A stretch of DNA of 64,000 bases from a plasmid: the sequence record NZ_CP084013.1. One strand, given 5' to 3'. Both the position numbers and the translations under genes were made by a program. Below are positions 1-9,420 of the stretch, in pieces. The notes below the pieces were generated by a model, which had not been told where the DNA came from, did no database searches, and was given only the letters and a program-made list of their open reading frames with translations. Position 1 is the first letter of the stretch. The number at the start of each line of letters is the position of its first letter.

Positions 1-214
1 CGGAGCCGGCCACGGTTCAAACCGGAACGGGCGGAAGCACATCGCATCCCATGCGACACGCAATCCACGTCGGAAACCGGCCCTGAAGCCGCTGCCCATG
101 TAGTCCATCAACCTCTCCTGTTCCATTTCTCGACCGCCGAATACAGGCAGGTGACACGGGTCTCGTAATTAGTTGCTTGTTTTCTAGTATTTTCTATACT
201 TATATGGTATCATA

Positions 215-808
215 TTGTTTATGAAGTTGTCGGAGTACGCGGCCAAGCATGGCATCCAGTATCGTGCCGCTTGGAACCGGTTCAAGGCGGGGAAGATTCC
301 CGGCGCTTGGCAGGACGAGTCGGGGACGATAATCGTGCCCGACGAGACGCAGGCGCGCCTGAACGACGCCGCCGTGTACGCCCGTGTCTCCGACCCGTCG
401 AAACGCAAGACCCAACTGCCCGCGCAGCAGAAGCGTGTGGAGGATTGGGCCATCGCCAATGGTTATCGGGTGGTCGCGTCCGTGTCCGAGGTCGGTTCTG
501 GGGTGAACGACAAGCGTCGCCGTCTGTCCGCGTTGCTGAAGCGCGATGATTGGGGGACGCTCATCGTGGAGCACAAGGACAGGCTGACCCGGTTCGGGTT
601 TGAATGGTTCCGTCTGTTCATCGAACAGCAGGGGCGTCGCATCGTGGTCATCAACGAGGCGGGCGACGACCGGGCGGACTTGGCGCAGGATTTGGTGAGC
701 ATCATCTACTCGTTCAGCGCCCGCCTGTACGGGCAACGGCGTTCCAAACGCGCGGAGGCCATGGTCCGCATCGTGGAGGATGGTGAGCGCGATGCCGTCC
801 AAGCGTAA
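215..808 (+). CDS. tnpA: IS607-family transposase TnpA (serine recombinase with N-terminal MerR-like HTH)
   Basis: 197 aa. N-terminal HTH 'LSEYAAKHGIQYRAAWNRFKAGKIPG'. The resolvase-type region 'AAVYARVSDPSKRKTQLPAQQKRVEDWAIANGYRVV' contains the catalytic Ser. It is paralogous to the ORF at 11868-12491. Confidence 0.8.
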   Translation: MFMKLSEYAAKHGIQYRAAWNRFKAGKIPGAWQDESGTIIVPDETQARLNDAAVYARVSDPSKRKTQLPAQQKRVEDWAIANGYRVVASVSEVGSGVNDKRRRLSALLKRDDWGTLIVEHKDRLTRFGFEWFRLFIEQQGRRIVVINEAGDDRADLAQDLVSIIYSFSARLYGQRRSKRAEAMVRIVEDGERDAVQA

Positions 809-2243
809 CGTCTCCTATCATGCGTACAACGCGGCCAGTCCGATGAACAATCGGAAGCTCGCGGAGTTCGACTGTCTGTTGCCGGTATGGCGTCGCGGCC
901 TCGTGTTTGCAATGGGCGGTTGGACGCGCGTATTGACATCCGGCGGGGAGCTGCCCCGTTGGATGGATACTAAGAGTTTCCCCGGCTGGCTGTCCCAGCG
1001 CCAGTGGGATTCCGTGACGCGTCAGGCCAAAGGCGCGTTGGATTCTTGGATGGAACTCAGGGAGACCGAGTTTCGCCGCGTCGTCAACGGCAGTAGTCTA
1101 AGCCCGGACATGAAGCGGGAACTGTACGACATCAACCGGCGGCATGAATGGTGGAAGCCGGAGGATGATGAGGCTCACCGCATGGCGCGGCGCATCATCA
1201 AACACCTGCGCAAACAAGTCCCGTTCCCCCGCATGGGACGTTGCCGGACGATGAGCATGGACGGGAAGATAGCCCGAGTCGAGGATGCCATGAACGCCGT
1301 CCATTATCGTTGGTGGGTCACGGTCAGCACCTTGGACAGGGGGCGTCCGATTCGCATCCCGATAATCGCCGACCCCCGGTTGGAAGAGAATCTGGCGGTC
1401 AACAACGAGACCTTGGCGAATCATCTGCAAGCCACCCACACCCCGGAGGAGGGGTGGACGTTCCATGTGATGACCACCAGCCCGAAGGCCACGCCCAGAC
1501 GGACGGGCGAGATTATCGGCGTTGACTGGGGAGTGCAAAGCCTGTTCGCCACCAGCGACGGGCGACTCTTGGGACTCGGACTGTACGCATGGCTGTCGGA
1601 ACGCGACGTGGAACTCGAAACGCTCACCAAGGAGCTGAACCGTAGCCATATCCCCTGCCGGGAATCGAAACGTTACCGTCGGTTGAACAAACGAATACGC
1701 GACCATGTGACCAACGAGACCAACCGGCTGCTCAACCGGCTGGGCGAACAGGACATCAAGGAAATCGTCGTAGAGGAACTCGACTTCCGCCACGGCGGAC
1801 TCACCCGCAGGATGAACCGCATCGTCAGCCGTGCGGGACGCAACGCGGTCAAGCGCAAACTCCAAGACCTGCAAGACAACAAGGGCGTCACCGTCACCAA
1901 AGTCAACCCCGCATACACATCGCAGGAATGTCCGAACTGCGGATGCACCGACCCGCGCAACCGCAAAACCAGAGACCTGTTCCGCTGCATCTGCTGCGGA
2001 TACACGCTTCATGCCGACATCAACGCCAGCCGCAACATACGTGCGAGACGTTCTCGCAGGGATGGATGGCGTTTCATCGGCAGGAAGCAAATCCTCGCCA
2101 CGCTCCGCAACGAGCACGGTGAGCGATGCTCCCGCCCCGACCATCATCGGGACGGGAGACACGTCGCCAAGAGTGCGACTACCCCACGGAACGCGAAAAC
2201 GTCACCGGAGGTCAAAGCTCCTAACGGAATAAAAAACCATTAG
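792..2243 (+). CDS. tnpB: IS607-family TnpB (RNA-guided nuclease-like OrfB)
   Basis: C-terminal zinc ribbon 'CPNCGCTDPRNRKTRDLFRCICCGYTLHADINASRNI', which combines the RuvC-III motif with a CxxC...CxxC ribbon. The ATG at 792 overlaps the tnpA stop by 17 nt. Confidence 0.8.
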   Translation: MPSKRNVSYHAYNAASPMNNRKLAEFDCLLPVWRRGLVFAMGGWTRVLTSGGELPRWMDTKSFPGWLSQRQWDSVTRQAKGALDSWMELRETEFRRVVNGSSLSPDMKRELYDINRRHEWWKPEDDEAHRMARRIIKHLRKQVPFPRMGRCRTMSMDGKIARVEDAMNAVHYRWWVTVSTLDRGRPIRIPIIADPRLEENLAVNNETLANHLQATHTPEEGWTFHVMTTSPKATPRRTGEIIGVDWGVQSLFATSDGRLLGLGLYAWLSERDVELETLTKELNRSHIPCRESKRYRRLNKRIRDHVTNETNRLLNRLGEQDIKEIVVEELDFRHGGLTRRMNRIVSRAGRNAVKRKLQDLQDNKGVTVTKVNPAYTSQECPNCGCTDPRNRKTRDLFRCICCGYTLHADINASRNIRARRSRRDGWRFIGRKQILATLRNEHGERCSRPDHHRDGRHVAKSATTPRNAKTSPEVKAPNGIKNH

Positions 2244-2454
2244 AAAGCACACTCTGGAACGATGGGTCGATCGGAACGTACCGGCCCGGCATGTTCCCGC
2301 CGCAGTCGCAGCGCACCGTGTACCGTTCCGTCGTATCGTCCACATCATCGTAGATTCGTGGCATGCCGCCGCAGAACGGGCATGGCTTCAACGTCTCGTG
2401 TTCGACCGTCGCATGCCTGTTGTTGCGGGAATCCCAGATTCCTGTGGCCTCCAT
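2221..2454 (-). CDS. small zinc-finger protein (Lar-like CPFCGG motif), hypothetical
   Basis: 77 aa containing 'CPFCGGMP' and 'CDCGG'. Last gene of the minus-strand operon; its 3' end overlaps the end of tnpB. Confidence 0.35.
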   Translation of the reverse strand: MEATGIWDSRNNRHATVEHETLKPCPFCGGMPRIYDDVDDTTERYTVRCDCGGNMPGRYVPIDPSFQSVLSNGFLFR

Positions 2455-3461
2455 CAGAGCCTGCCCTTCCGCCTGTTTCGTTCCAGACAGTCATCCATCG
2501 CCCGTCCGACCTCCTCATCCGTGATGCCGAACGCCGTGATCAGGTTGCCGACCGTCTGCAACACGTCGGCCAGTTCGTCGAGCATGGCCTGGCGACGCTG
2601 GTCGCGCACATGGCCTATCCAGCCGGCCTTCGCCTTGTCCCGGTCGTCGCCAAGCTCGCCGCCCACGTTCACCCCGTAACAGGCGAGACAGTCCGCATGA
2701 TCGTCGAACTGGTCGCCGATGCCGCTCGGATCGGTCGGATCGCAGGCCTTCAGGTATTGCTTGCATGCCTCCACGAGTTCGGCCGACTCTTCGAGGTTCT
2801 TGACGGCCAGCCACTTGTCCCGTTCCAGACGGCCGAACGATCGGACATCCGGGAGATGCACGGTGCGGCTCCCCTCATGGATCGGAGTGGAATCATTGGA
2901 GGCCGGCTTCCATGGAATCTCTTCGACGGTTTGGAGCGAATACCGGGTGTACGGGCCGTGCGCGGACGGTTCCCCGGAATCGTCGTCAAGCTCTTCGGCC
3001 GTCCATCCGCGATCGGCGATCCACGGCTTGCACCAGTCAAAGTGAGTGCCTTCATCATCCATCGGCTCGAAGTCGCAGCGTGCCCACGGGCCCCATTCGT
3101 GGAGCATCCTCACGGTGATGCCGGAACAAGGCGCGCATTCCCATTCGCGGCCCTCTTCCTTCAGCCGGAAGATGTGCCCGTCGATCCCGTCGCCGCCTGT
3201 GATGAGCCAGAGCGTGCCGTTCGCGTCGCTCCAGCATCCCGCCGTGTCGGGCATGGCGGAGAACCCGGCCCTGGTCAGGTCTATCCCCTTCCATTCGGTT
3301 CGCTGGAACGGTGCGGCCTGTTCCAGCTGTCCCGCGGACAGGATCTCGCCGGTGTCCGCATCCCGTATCGCGAGCTCGCCGGATTCCATGCAGGCCACGA
3401 CCGTTTTCTCGTTCGCATCCCGCCACAGTCCGGGCGCATCCGGTTTCTCGCGGCCGCTCAT
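2454..3461 (-). CDS. two-domain protein with a C-terminal MazG-like nucleotide pyrophosphohydrolase domain
   Basis: The C-terminal 'EELGDDRDKAKAGWIGHVRDQRRQAMLDELADVLQTVGNLITAFGI' matches the MazG/HisE-type all-alpha NTP-PPase pattern. The N-terminal domain is Cys-rich ('WECAPCSG...CDFEP...HFDWCKPW') and of unknown function. The start ATG at 3461 overlaps the upstream stop in an ATGA arrangement. Confidence 0.55.
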   Translation of the reverse strand: MSGREKPDAPGLWRDANEKTVVACMESGELAIRDADTGEILSAGQLEQAAPFQRTEWKGIDLTRAGFSAMPDTAGCWSDANGTLWLITGGDGIDGHIFRLKEEGREWECAPCSGITVRMLHEWGPWARCDFEPMDDEGTHFDWCKPWIADRGWTAEELDDDSGEPSAHGPYTRYSLQTVEEIPWKPASNDSTPIHEGSRTVHLPDVRSFGRLERDKWLAVKNLEESAELVEACKQYLKACDPTDPSGIGDQFDDHADCLACYGVNVGGELGDDRDKAKAGWIGHVRDQRRQAMLDELADVLQTVGNLITAFGITDEEVGRAMDDCLERNRRKGRL

Positions 3462-3685
3462 TCGGCCTCTCCCATCTGTTCGTCCAGCCATTTTTCGGCC
3501 TCGTTCAGGGTCGAGCATTGCCTGCGAATACTGTTCTCCACGCCGTTCGGCTGGCGGACGAGCAGTATCGCCGTATATCCGCCGACCATGCTCGCCACGA
3601 CGCCGCCGCGCCGGGTGCGGGTGCGTCTGGGATGCTCCCACATGCGCGGCAGTCCGACTCGCGCCTCATGCTCGATCAACATCAT
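3458..3685 (-). CDS. hypothetical small protein
   Basis: 75-aa ORF, translationally coupled to both neighbours through overlapping stop and start codons. Confidence 0.35.
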   Translation of the reverse strand: MMLIEHEARVGLPRMWEHPRRTRTRRGGVVASMVGGYTAILLVRQPNGVENSIRRQCSTLNEAEKWLDEQMGEAE

Positions 3686-4149
3686 GCGTCCCCCTCTTCC
3701 TTCGGATAGTCGGCTCCGTCACGGTCGAGATACTTGCAATGCAGTCGCGTGGATTCGCGTATGGGCAGGGAGTCCACCCAATGCTCGATTGTGGCCCTTT
3801 TCGCCCGGTTCAGCCATGTCTCATACGCATCCGACGCCTCGCCCGACGTCAATCCGACCGCGTCGCGCAGCATGGCCGTGACCGCCATGCAGACCATGTC
3901 GTCGGTCAGCGGGAGACCGCCCTCCACATGCTTGGGGCCGATATCCACCGATAGGACGCCATCAGGCATCGAACCGTCAGGCAGGAGCGCCGTTTTGAAG
4001 AATTCGTTGGGAATCCTGACTCCAACTGTCCCGTCCTGTAGGGTGACGGCCTTTCCGGTCAGCTCCGTGCCGTTCTCGTAATGGATGGTGGCAATAGGAT
4101 TCTCGTCTGGTTCCGTCTCGTCTGTGACTTGCCTTTTTCCATCGTTCAT
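3682..4149 (-). CDS. hypothetical protein, paralog of the ORF at 8995-9405
   Basis: 155 aa. An AAAGGA RBS lies before the ATG. It shares the 'GLPLTDDM' block and overall architecture with the ORF at 8995-9405. Confidence 0.5.
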   Translation of the reverse strand: MNDGKRQVTDETEPDENPIATIHYENGTELTGKAVTLQDGTVGVRIPNEFFKTALLPDGSMPDGVLSVDIGPKHVEGGLPLTDDMVCMAVTAMLRDAVGLTSGEASDAYETWLNRAKRATIEHWVDSLPIRESTRLHCKYLDRDGADYPKEEGDA

Positions 4150-4838
4150 CTTGTTTGTCCTTTCGATTCGATTGAGTTCAGATCGTACGATTGTTCGCCA
4201 ATCAGTTCGCGCAGCTCATACATCTTGTTTTCGATATCATGCCGTCGGGCTTCCATTCGGCTGGCATCCTCTTTGCTGAAACGCGGTAGCCGAGAAAATG
4301 ATTGGGTTAGTAGATTCTCCGTCTCGGCGAGCTGACGGCGGGCCACGCGCAGCAAGGTCCGGGATTCGATGAGACGGGAGGCGTTGATGGCCGGCACCGG
4401 TTCGTCCGGCTGGTCTTCCACAGGTTTGACCTTGACGAAGCTCGGTTGGGCGAACCGGTAGCCGGAATCGCCGAACACGTATTCCAGGCCACGGCCGCCG
4501 GCCCGGATGCCCAATACGCCGTCAAACGGTTCCAGCGGCCCCTCGAACGCCCCACGCCGTCCCCCGAATTCGACGCGCACCCGGACTCCTTCCAGCTCGT
4601 CCAGAAAACGACCCTGCCAGAACGGCTCCTCGGGACGCAGACGCACATGGTCGACTTCTTCCATGAGCCGCACGCCATCGCCCTTGTCCTTCCGTGTGAA
4701 GACGCATGTATCGTCTACCGTCAGATAATCCCCAAAACGGACGAACGGGCCGATATGCCGGCTGCCGTCCGAGGTCACGGCCGCGGCCTCCAACCCAATC
4801 AGATCGTCGAACAGGTAACGGTCCCACCATTCAGACAT
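4146..4838 (-). CDS. hypothetical protein
   Basis: 230-aa ORF in the operon, overlapping both neighbours by a few nt. Confidence 0.5.
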   Translation of the reverse strand: MSEWWDRYLFDDLIGLEAAAVTSDGSRHIGPFVRFGDYLTVDDTCVFTRKDKGDGVRLMEEVDHVRLRPEEPFWQGRFLDELEGVRVRVEFGGRRGAFEGPLEPFDGVLGIRAGGRGLEYVFGDSGYRFAQPSFVKVKPVEDQPDEPVPAINASRLIESRTLLRVARRQLAETENLLTQSFSRLPRFSKEDASRMEARRHDIENKMYELRELIGEQSYDLNSIESKGQTR

Positions 4839-4947
4839 GATCCTGCCTTTCCTCCTCCCTGTGGCGCCATGCGTCGCAGGCGGCGCATCTGTCGTTTTCG
4901 CCCAAGGCCGCGTATGCGCCGCAATCCGTGCAGAATCCTCTGTGCAT
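4831..4947 (-). CDS. putative small zinc-ribbon peptide
   Basis: 'MHRGFCTDCGAYAALGENDRCAACDAWRH', with an AAGGAGA RBS 7 nt upstream of the ATG at 4947. Small, so this is a low-confidence call. Confidence 0.3.
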   Translation of the reverse strand: MHRGFCTDCGAYAALGENDRCAACDAWRHREEERQDHV

Positions 4948-5330
4948 CAGCGAATCTCCTTGAGTTCGGCCTTCAACCTGCGGACGACGAGCAGGCCGTG
5001 CCCGCCGTCCCATTCCACCGGCCATTCCCCGTCGCGGCCGTCGCAAGGTTCGGCCGGTCCGACAATCCTCAATTCAGGCAATTGACTTCCTCCCCACGGC
5101 TGAAGCCGGTGGTCTTACGGCGCGATTCGATAAGTCCATCAGAAAAATCCTTCCAAAACGGATAGGCCGAGGAACAACAGCCACGAGACCAGCTCCGAGA
5201 ACATGATCGTGAACGCGATGGCCGCATGCAATCGTCCTAACCTCAGGTCTTTCGATCTGAGCAGCGGCGCCAGAGGAATGAGTGCGAGAAGATTGGCTCC
5301 GACCCACATGATTCGAACATAGCCCATTGC

Positions 5331-6191
5331 TTAATCCCATTTCGGTTTGATGGTGGCGACGTGGCGGGCGACGAGGCCGGTCGGGTCGATGATGGTCACG
5401 TCCAGGGCGGTCCGGTTGTCTTTCAGGTATTTCCCGTAACGGACGGCGAACCGTTCGAGTATCTTCGGATGGTCCGCGAACATGGTCAGATCCACGAAGA
5501 ACCGTCCGTGCGGCAGCCGGCCGAGCGTACGCGCGGTGATCGCCCACAGTTCGCGTCCCGACCGTTCCAATGCGCCGGTCCCGTTGGCGACGACGGGGCG
5601 CAACGGGAGGAACCCCGGATGCCGGTCCGCCCGGTCGAGCAGGCCGAGCCGGTCGGGGAACCGCATGCCGGTCAGGTTCACGCCATAATCGACGGGCCTG
5701 TCGAGCCGGCTATGGTAGGCGAACAGGAATTGGGTGCCGAGCAGGCGGATGCCGGTCGCATCCAGGAGAACATCGCCTGTCAGGGCGTTCAGCGTGTTCG
5801 CGAGACGTTTCGCCGTGTTCTCGCCCGGCGTCGGCTCCGACGGGATGATGAGGACCCCATCCGGGGTCTCCGCGATGAAGCAGGCGCATCCTTTGGCCAT
5901 CTCCATGGGTTTCATGCCGTCGGCGATCGGGTTCGGCTCCCACTTGTCGCCATCCGTGAGATGACGTGCGCAGGATTCCAGATCCGAGAGGAGCGCGTCC
6001 GCGTTCATGTACGTGTCGTACAGGCGTCGCCAATGAGCGCGAACCTGTTCCATGATCTTCGGATCGTCGCAGGACAGATGGCCTATCCCGTTCTCCGCGT
6101 CGTTGATGGCGGCGGCGAGCCCGCGGCGGGCGACCGCCAGCATCATCCTCGCCTCGGTGTTCTGTTCGAGCGTGAAATCATGACCGTTCAT
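5331..6191 (-). CDS. hypothetical protein
   Basis: 286 aa, with a strong AAGGAGGA RBS before the ATG at 6191. No recognisable motif. Confidence 0.55.
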   Translation of the reverse strand: MNGHDFTLEQNTEARMMLAVARRGLAAAINDAENGIGHLSCDDPKIMEQVRAHWRRLYDTYMNADALLSDLESCARHLTDGDKWEPNPIADGMKPMEMAKGCACFIAETPDGVLIIPSEPTPGENTAKRLANTLNALTGDVLLDATGIRLLGTQFLFAYHSRLDRPVDYGVNLTGMRFPDRLGLLDRADRHPGFLPLRPVVANGTGALERSGRELWAITARTLGRLPHGRFFVDLTMFADHPKILERFAVRYGKYLKDNRTALDVTIIDPTGLVARHVATIKPKWD

Positions 6192-6489
6192 TCGGGATCT
6201 CCTCCTTGATGCATTCGGGGCATTGCCCGTCCTTCCAGCCGGCCGGATCGATCATGATGTTCGTGCAGGTCGAGCATTCGGGCAGCCGGTGCGCCGGGCA
6301 GTAGTGCATGTCGCGTTCCAATTCGGGATGCTCGTCCTTGTACAGGATCTGCCAGCCGTCATCCTTCGCGTCGAACAGCAGATCGTCCTCGTACGCATAC
6401 CAGTCGTTGATCCGTTGTTCGCAGTTGTGGTCGTCGCATTCGAGCCTGAACCAAGCGCGGCTGTCAAACGTTTCTTTGATTCTTGCCAT
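6178..6489 (-). CDS. hypothetical Cys-rich (zinc-finger-like) protein
   Basis: Start 'MARIKETF' at 6489 is preceded by a GGAGG RBS. Contains 'CDDHNC...HYCPAHRLPECSTC...CPEC'. Confidence 0.45.
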   Translation of the reverse strand: MARIKETFDSRAWFRLECDDHNCEQRINDWYAYEDDLLFDAKDDGWQILYKDEHPELERDMHYCPAHRLPECSTCTNIMIDPAGWKDGQCPECIKEEIPNERS

Positions 6490-8251
6490 CAAGCCTCCGT
6501 TCCTTTGCGTGCGTCCGACGGTATGCGTCGCTCGGCGAGACGTCGGGAGTCGCCGGGCCTTCGACGGCCAGCAAGTCGCCGACATATTCCATATCCACGT
6601 CGCGTTCGTTGAACGCCTTGCGCGTGTACACAAGACGGTTCATGTTGGCGTGGGACAGTACCCAACGCGCTTTCTCCGCGCGTTCGGAATGGTCGTTGTC
6701 GGCAATCGGCCTATCATGCAGGACGGTACGCTTCAACATGGTTCTCAAGCTTTTGACCTCAAGATAATAGTCGGATTTCAGCTTGAACATGTACCCGTCG
6801 GCGTCATACACCACAACGCCCTCACGTGTGGAATCATGACGCTCCTCGTCCAACATGCTCCACAGTGCCTCCCGCTCCTCGTCGGATTGGAAGACGCCCA
6901 ACACCTCCGGCCGGGCGAAGAACCCGTCCATGTCAATCAGCTTGTCGGCGTCATGGTCGATATGGAAGTCCACCGTGTTCCCGATGGCGTGCAGGAACAC
7001 GAGCTGAGACGTATCATACTTGACGATGTGACGGTCGGACTCTTGGTCGATGACCTCGAACGCCAACGTCACGTCGGCATCATGGACGATGTTCCACAAC
7101 GCCTGTTCCTGACCGCCGTCCAACGTCTCCTTGAAGAGCCGTTGTATGAGATACGAGTAGTCGGTCTGTCCGCTCTTCGACCAGAAACGCCACGAACCGT
7201 CTCCGCGTGCGGACACCAAGCCGAGGAACCCGTTCTCCTTGCGTTCCACGCGCACCGGGAACTTGAGACGCTTGTCGATGTTCTCGCGGGTGGTCTGCTC
7301 GTTCTCCCCGAGGTTGAAGAACTTCTCGAATCCTCGTGCCACGACCCTGCCGTTCCCGTCGAGGAACAGGCCGCGCGCCTTGCTGGAATACTCGTCCCAA
7401 CGCTGGTTCTTGAACGCGTCACGACTGAAGTTGCAGGCGTACACGTCGGTCTCGCCTTTGACCGGACGGACGTGTACGTTGTCGGAGTCGCGCATGATGT
7501 CAAGCAGGTTGCTCCCGTCGGCGGAGAAGTCGGCGAACCCGTCTTCGGTCGTATGCGCACCCTGTTCCAGCCACTTCGAGTAACGGTCCAGTGTCCACTT
7601 CACGCCATCCTTGAGCGACGGCATGTCCAAACGGACGGTACCGGTCGCATCACGCCCATTGCTTGAGGCCGCAGTGTAACCCATTTCGGCGTCGTCCACG
7701 GTGCGGGCATTGCCGTCCCACAGCAGTCCCACGTCAACCATCACCGTCTCCCCCATTGGGTTCATACGGTACACGCCGTCCGTCTTCATGACGCGAACGT
7801 TGACCCAACGGCTGTCACGTTCAAGGCACCCATGCCAAGTCTCATACTGGGTGCGCAGATACTTCTCCGGCACACGGTCGCTCTCGACGCGGATCCTGTT
7901 GCGTTCCAGCAGTTCGTCCAACGGCGTGTTGAATGTGAAAGTCTCAACATGCGCCTTGTGACGGACGGCAATCTGCACCTCGTCCACGCAGAAACGCGGG
8001 TTGACATGCTGGGAGTCGCTGATGACATTCACGCCTTTGGCGAGCAGGTCGCTGATGATGGTATGCGCCTGACGGACGAGAATCCTGTTCAACTGTGGAT
8101 TCATGGTTTCATGCCATGCCTGACGGCCTCCCGCCATCATTTCACGCAAACCGTCCAAGCTGACGATTACCGTATTCGAATCGACATGCTTCCGCGCCCA
8201 AGTGCTCTTTCCCGAGCCGGGCAGTCCTCTAAGAATGGTCAAAGTGGTCAA
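6464..8251 (-). CDS. bifunctional polynucleotide 5'-kinase / ATP-dependent RNA ligase (T4 Pnk + Rnl-like), RNA repair enzyme
   Basis: N-terminal P-loop kinase 'LRGLPGSGKSTWARKH'. The central/C-terminal part carries nucleotidyltransferase motif I 'VERKENGFLGLV' (KxNG, the ligase lysine). Apparent TTG start at 8251. Confidence 0.75.
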   Translation of the reverse strand: MTTLTILRGLPGSGKSTWARKHVDSNTVIVSLDGLREMMAGGRQAWHETMNPQLNRILVRQAHTIISDLLAKGVNVISDSQHVNPRFCVDEVQIAVRHKAHVETFTFNTPLDELLERNRIRVESDRVPEKYLRTQYETWHGCLERDSRWVNVRVMKTDGVYRMNPMGETVMVDVGLLWDGNARTVDDAEMGYTAASSNGRDATGTVRLDMPSLKDGVKWTLDRYSKWLEQGAHTTEDGFADFSADGSNLLDIMRDSDNVHVRPVKGETDVYACNFSRDAFKNQRWDEYSSKARGLFLDGNGRVVARGFEKFFNLGENEQTTRENIDKRLKFPVRVERKENGFLGLVSARGDGSWRFWSKSGQTDYSYLIQRLFKETLDGGQEQALWNIVHDADVTLAFEVIDQESDRHIVKYDTSQLVFLHAIGNTVDFHIDHDADKLIDMDGFFARPEVLGVFQSDEEREALWSMLDEERHDSTREGVVVYDADGYMFKLKSDYYLEVKSLRTMLKRTVLHDRPIADNDHSERAEKARWVLSHANMNRLVYTRKAFNERDVDMEYVGDLLAVEGPATPDVSPSDAYRRTHAKERRLDGKNQRNV

Positions 8252-8271
8252 TTTCGAAGCCTTTCTTTACT

Positions 8272-8970
8272 TCAGTTCTCCTGAAACATGCGAACAAGTT
8301 CCACTTCGGACACGGGGCGCATGTTCCACGCGTCCAATCCCACGTTGATTTCGTTACGGTTCTTGAACTCATGGGGAGTGTTCGCATGGGTGTGACCGTG
8401 CAGCAATCGCATGCTCTCCCCCACTTGAGGAATCGCATACCGTCGAAGCTCCGACTTCGCCCAATTGGAAGCCACGTCATCCGCTGCCGGTAGGTCGAAG
8501 TCCTCACGCCATTGGAAATGGCAGAGGAACACGGTCATAATGGTTTCGCCGTCCGTGATGTCCGTCATGCCGATACGCCCGATTTCACCGAACGCCTCGG
8601 TCAAATCCTTGAAGCCCTTGCTCTTCCCGTACAGCACGTCGTCATGGTTTCCGAGAATCAGATGACGGTTATTGCGAGGACAGCGCAAGCTTTTGACATG
8701 CATAAGCGCCTGTTGAAGACTCCAAGCGCCTCCGCTGCATAGGTCCCCAAGAATGTAGAGTTCATCATTCGGACCTACGATTTCGTTGATATGGTCGGTC
8801 ACGTCCATGTCATGCCGGTACCAGTTGACGCAATCCTTGACCTGCATGTGGGCTTCGTTAGCCTGTTGCTTGATGGTATTGTCCGACGTGAATCCGGTTT
8901 TCGCATATCCCCGCAATGCGGCCACGAACGGGTGGGCGAAGTGGGTGTCGGAGGTGAAGTATTTAGTCAT
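8272..8970 (-). CDS. calcineurin-like metallophosphoesterase, putative 2',3'-phosphatase partner of the kinase-ligase
   Basis: Motifs 'FTSDTHFAH', 'LYILGDLC', 'LILGNHDD' and 'LLHGHTHAN' match the D-x-H, GD, GNHD and GH-x-H metallophosphatase blocks. AAAGGA RBS before the ATG. Confidence 0.75.
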   Translation of the reverse strand: MTKYFTSDTHFAHPFVAALRGYAKTGFTSDNTIKQQANEAHMQVKDCVNWYRHDMDVTDHINEIVGPNDELYILGDLCSGGAWSLQQALMHVKSLRCPRNNRHLILGNHDDVLYGKSKGFKDLTEAFGEIGRIGMTDITDGETIMTVFLCHFQWREDFDLPAADDVASNWAKSELRRYAIPQVGESMRLLHGHTHANTPHEFKNRNEINVGLDAWNMRPVSEVELVRMFQEN

Positions 8971-8994
8971 TGTCTTTTTCCTTTGAAAAGAAAG

Positions 8995-9405
8995 CTAGGG
9001 GAATAGGGGCTGTTCCCATCCCTTGGAATTCCGGACTACTTGATGGGGATGGGAACGGCCACCGCTTTCTTCAGGCCGTCCCGGTCTATCTGCCGCAGAT
9101 CCGTTTTCCTCGTCATCATCGTCAATCCTTTCTAAGCCTTTTCCTTCTCCTCGTTCGTGATCGATCATGTACGCCATGTCGTCGGTCAGCGGCAGCCCGT
9201 ATCCCACATGACTAGGCCGTATATCCACGAAGGTGATGTGCGGCGGCAGACTACCATCCGCGCGTTGCACAAGCATGGAAGCGGCGCCGCCCAACGAAAC
9301 AAGCAAGGCTCCCTCGTCGGTGATGACAGCCGGACCCGCGAGTTCGGCTCCGCTGTCATACCGGACCCGCAGCATCAGGTCTCCGTTTTTCTTCGGATTG
9401 GTCAA
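8995..9405 (-). CDS. hypothetical protein, paralog of the ORF at 3682-4149; first gene of the minus-strand operon
   Basis: Probable TTG start at 9405, 5 nt after an AAGAGGAGGA RBS. The longer ORF that reaches 9483 would run through the promoter motif and is unlikely. Shares 'GYGLPLTDDMAYM' with the ORF at 3682-4149. Confidence 0.45.
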   Translation of the reverse strand: MTNPKKNGDLMLRVRYDSGAELAGPAVITDEGALLVSLGGAASMLVQRADGSLPPHITFVDIRPSHVGYGLPLTDDMAYMIDHERGEGKGLERIDDDDEENGSAADRPGRPEESGGRSHPHQVVRNSKGWEQPLFP

Positions 9406-9420
9406 CGCTCCTCCTCTTTT

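Larger units (their letters stand above)
170..2260 (+). mobile_element. IS607-family insertion sequence carrying tnpA (serine recombinase) and tnpB; ends are approximate
   Basis: Adjacent, overlapping TnpA (MerR-like HTH + resolvase core) and TnpB (RuvC-like + C-terminal zinc ribbon) ORFs. The AT-rich left flank at 170-215 contrasts with the high-GC surroundings. IS607 has no terminal inverted repeats, so the ends cannot be fixed by eye. Confidence 0.7.

Noticed and set aside
87-170. Partial plus-strand ORF ending at 170
   Set aside because: Only about 28 codons fall inside the window and the upstream gene is not visible, so it cannot be supported.
2262-3881. 539-aa plus-strand ORF
   Set aside because: It lies antisense to the well-supported MazG-like and neighbouring minus-strand genes. 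It has a high-GC random-ORF composition (Arg/Pro/Ala-rich) and no RBS, so it is probably spurious.
6308-7666. 452-aa plus-strand ORF
   Set aside because: Entirely antisense to the kinase/RNA-ligase gene, which has clear catalytic motifs. This is a typical high-GC shadow ORF.
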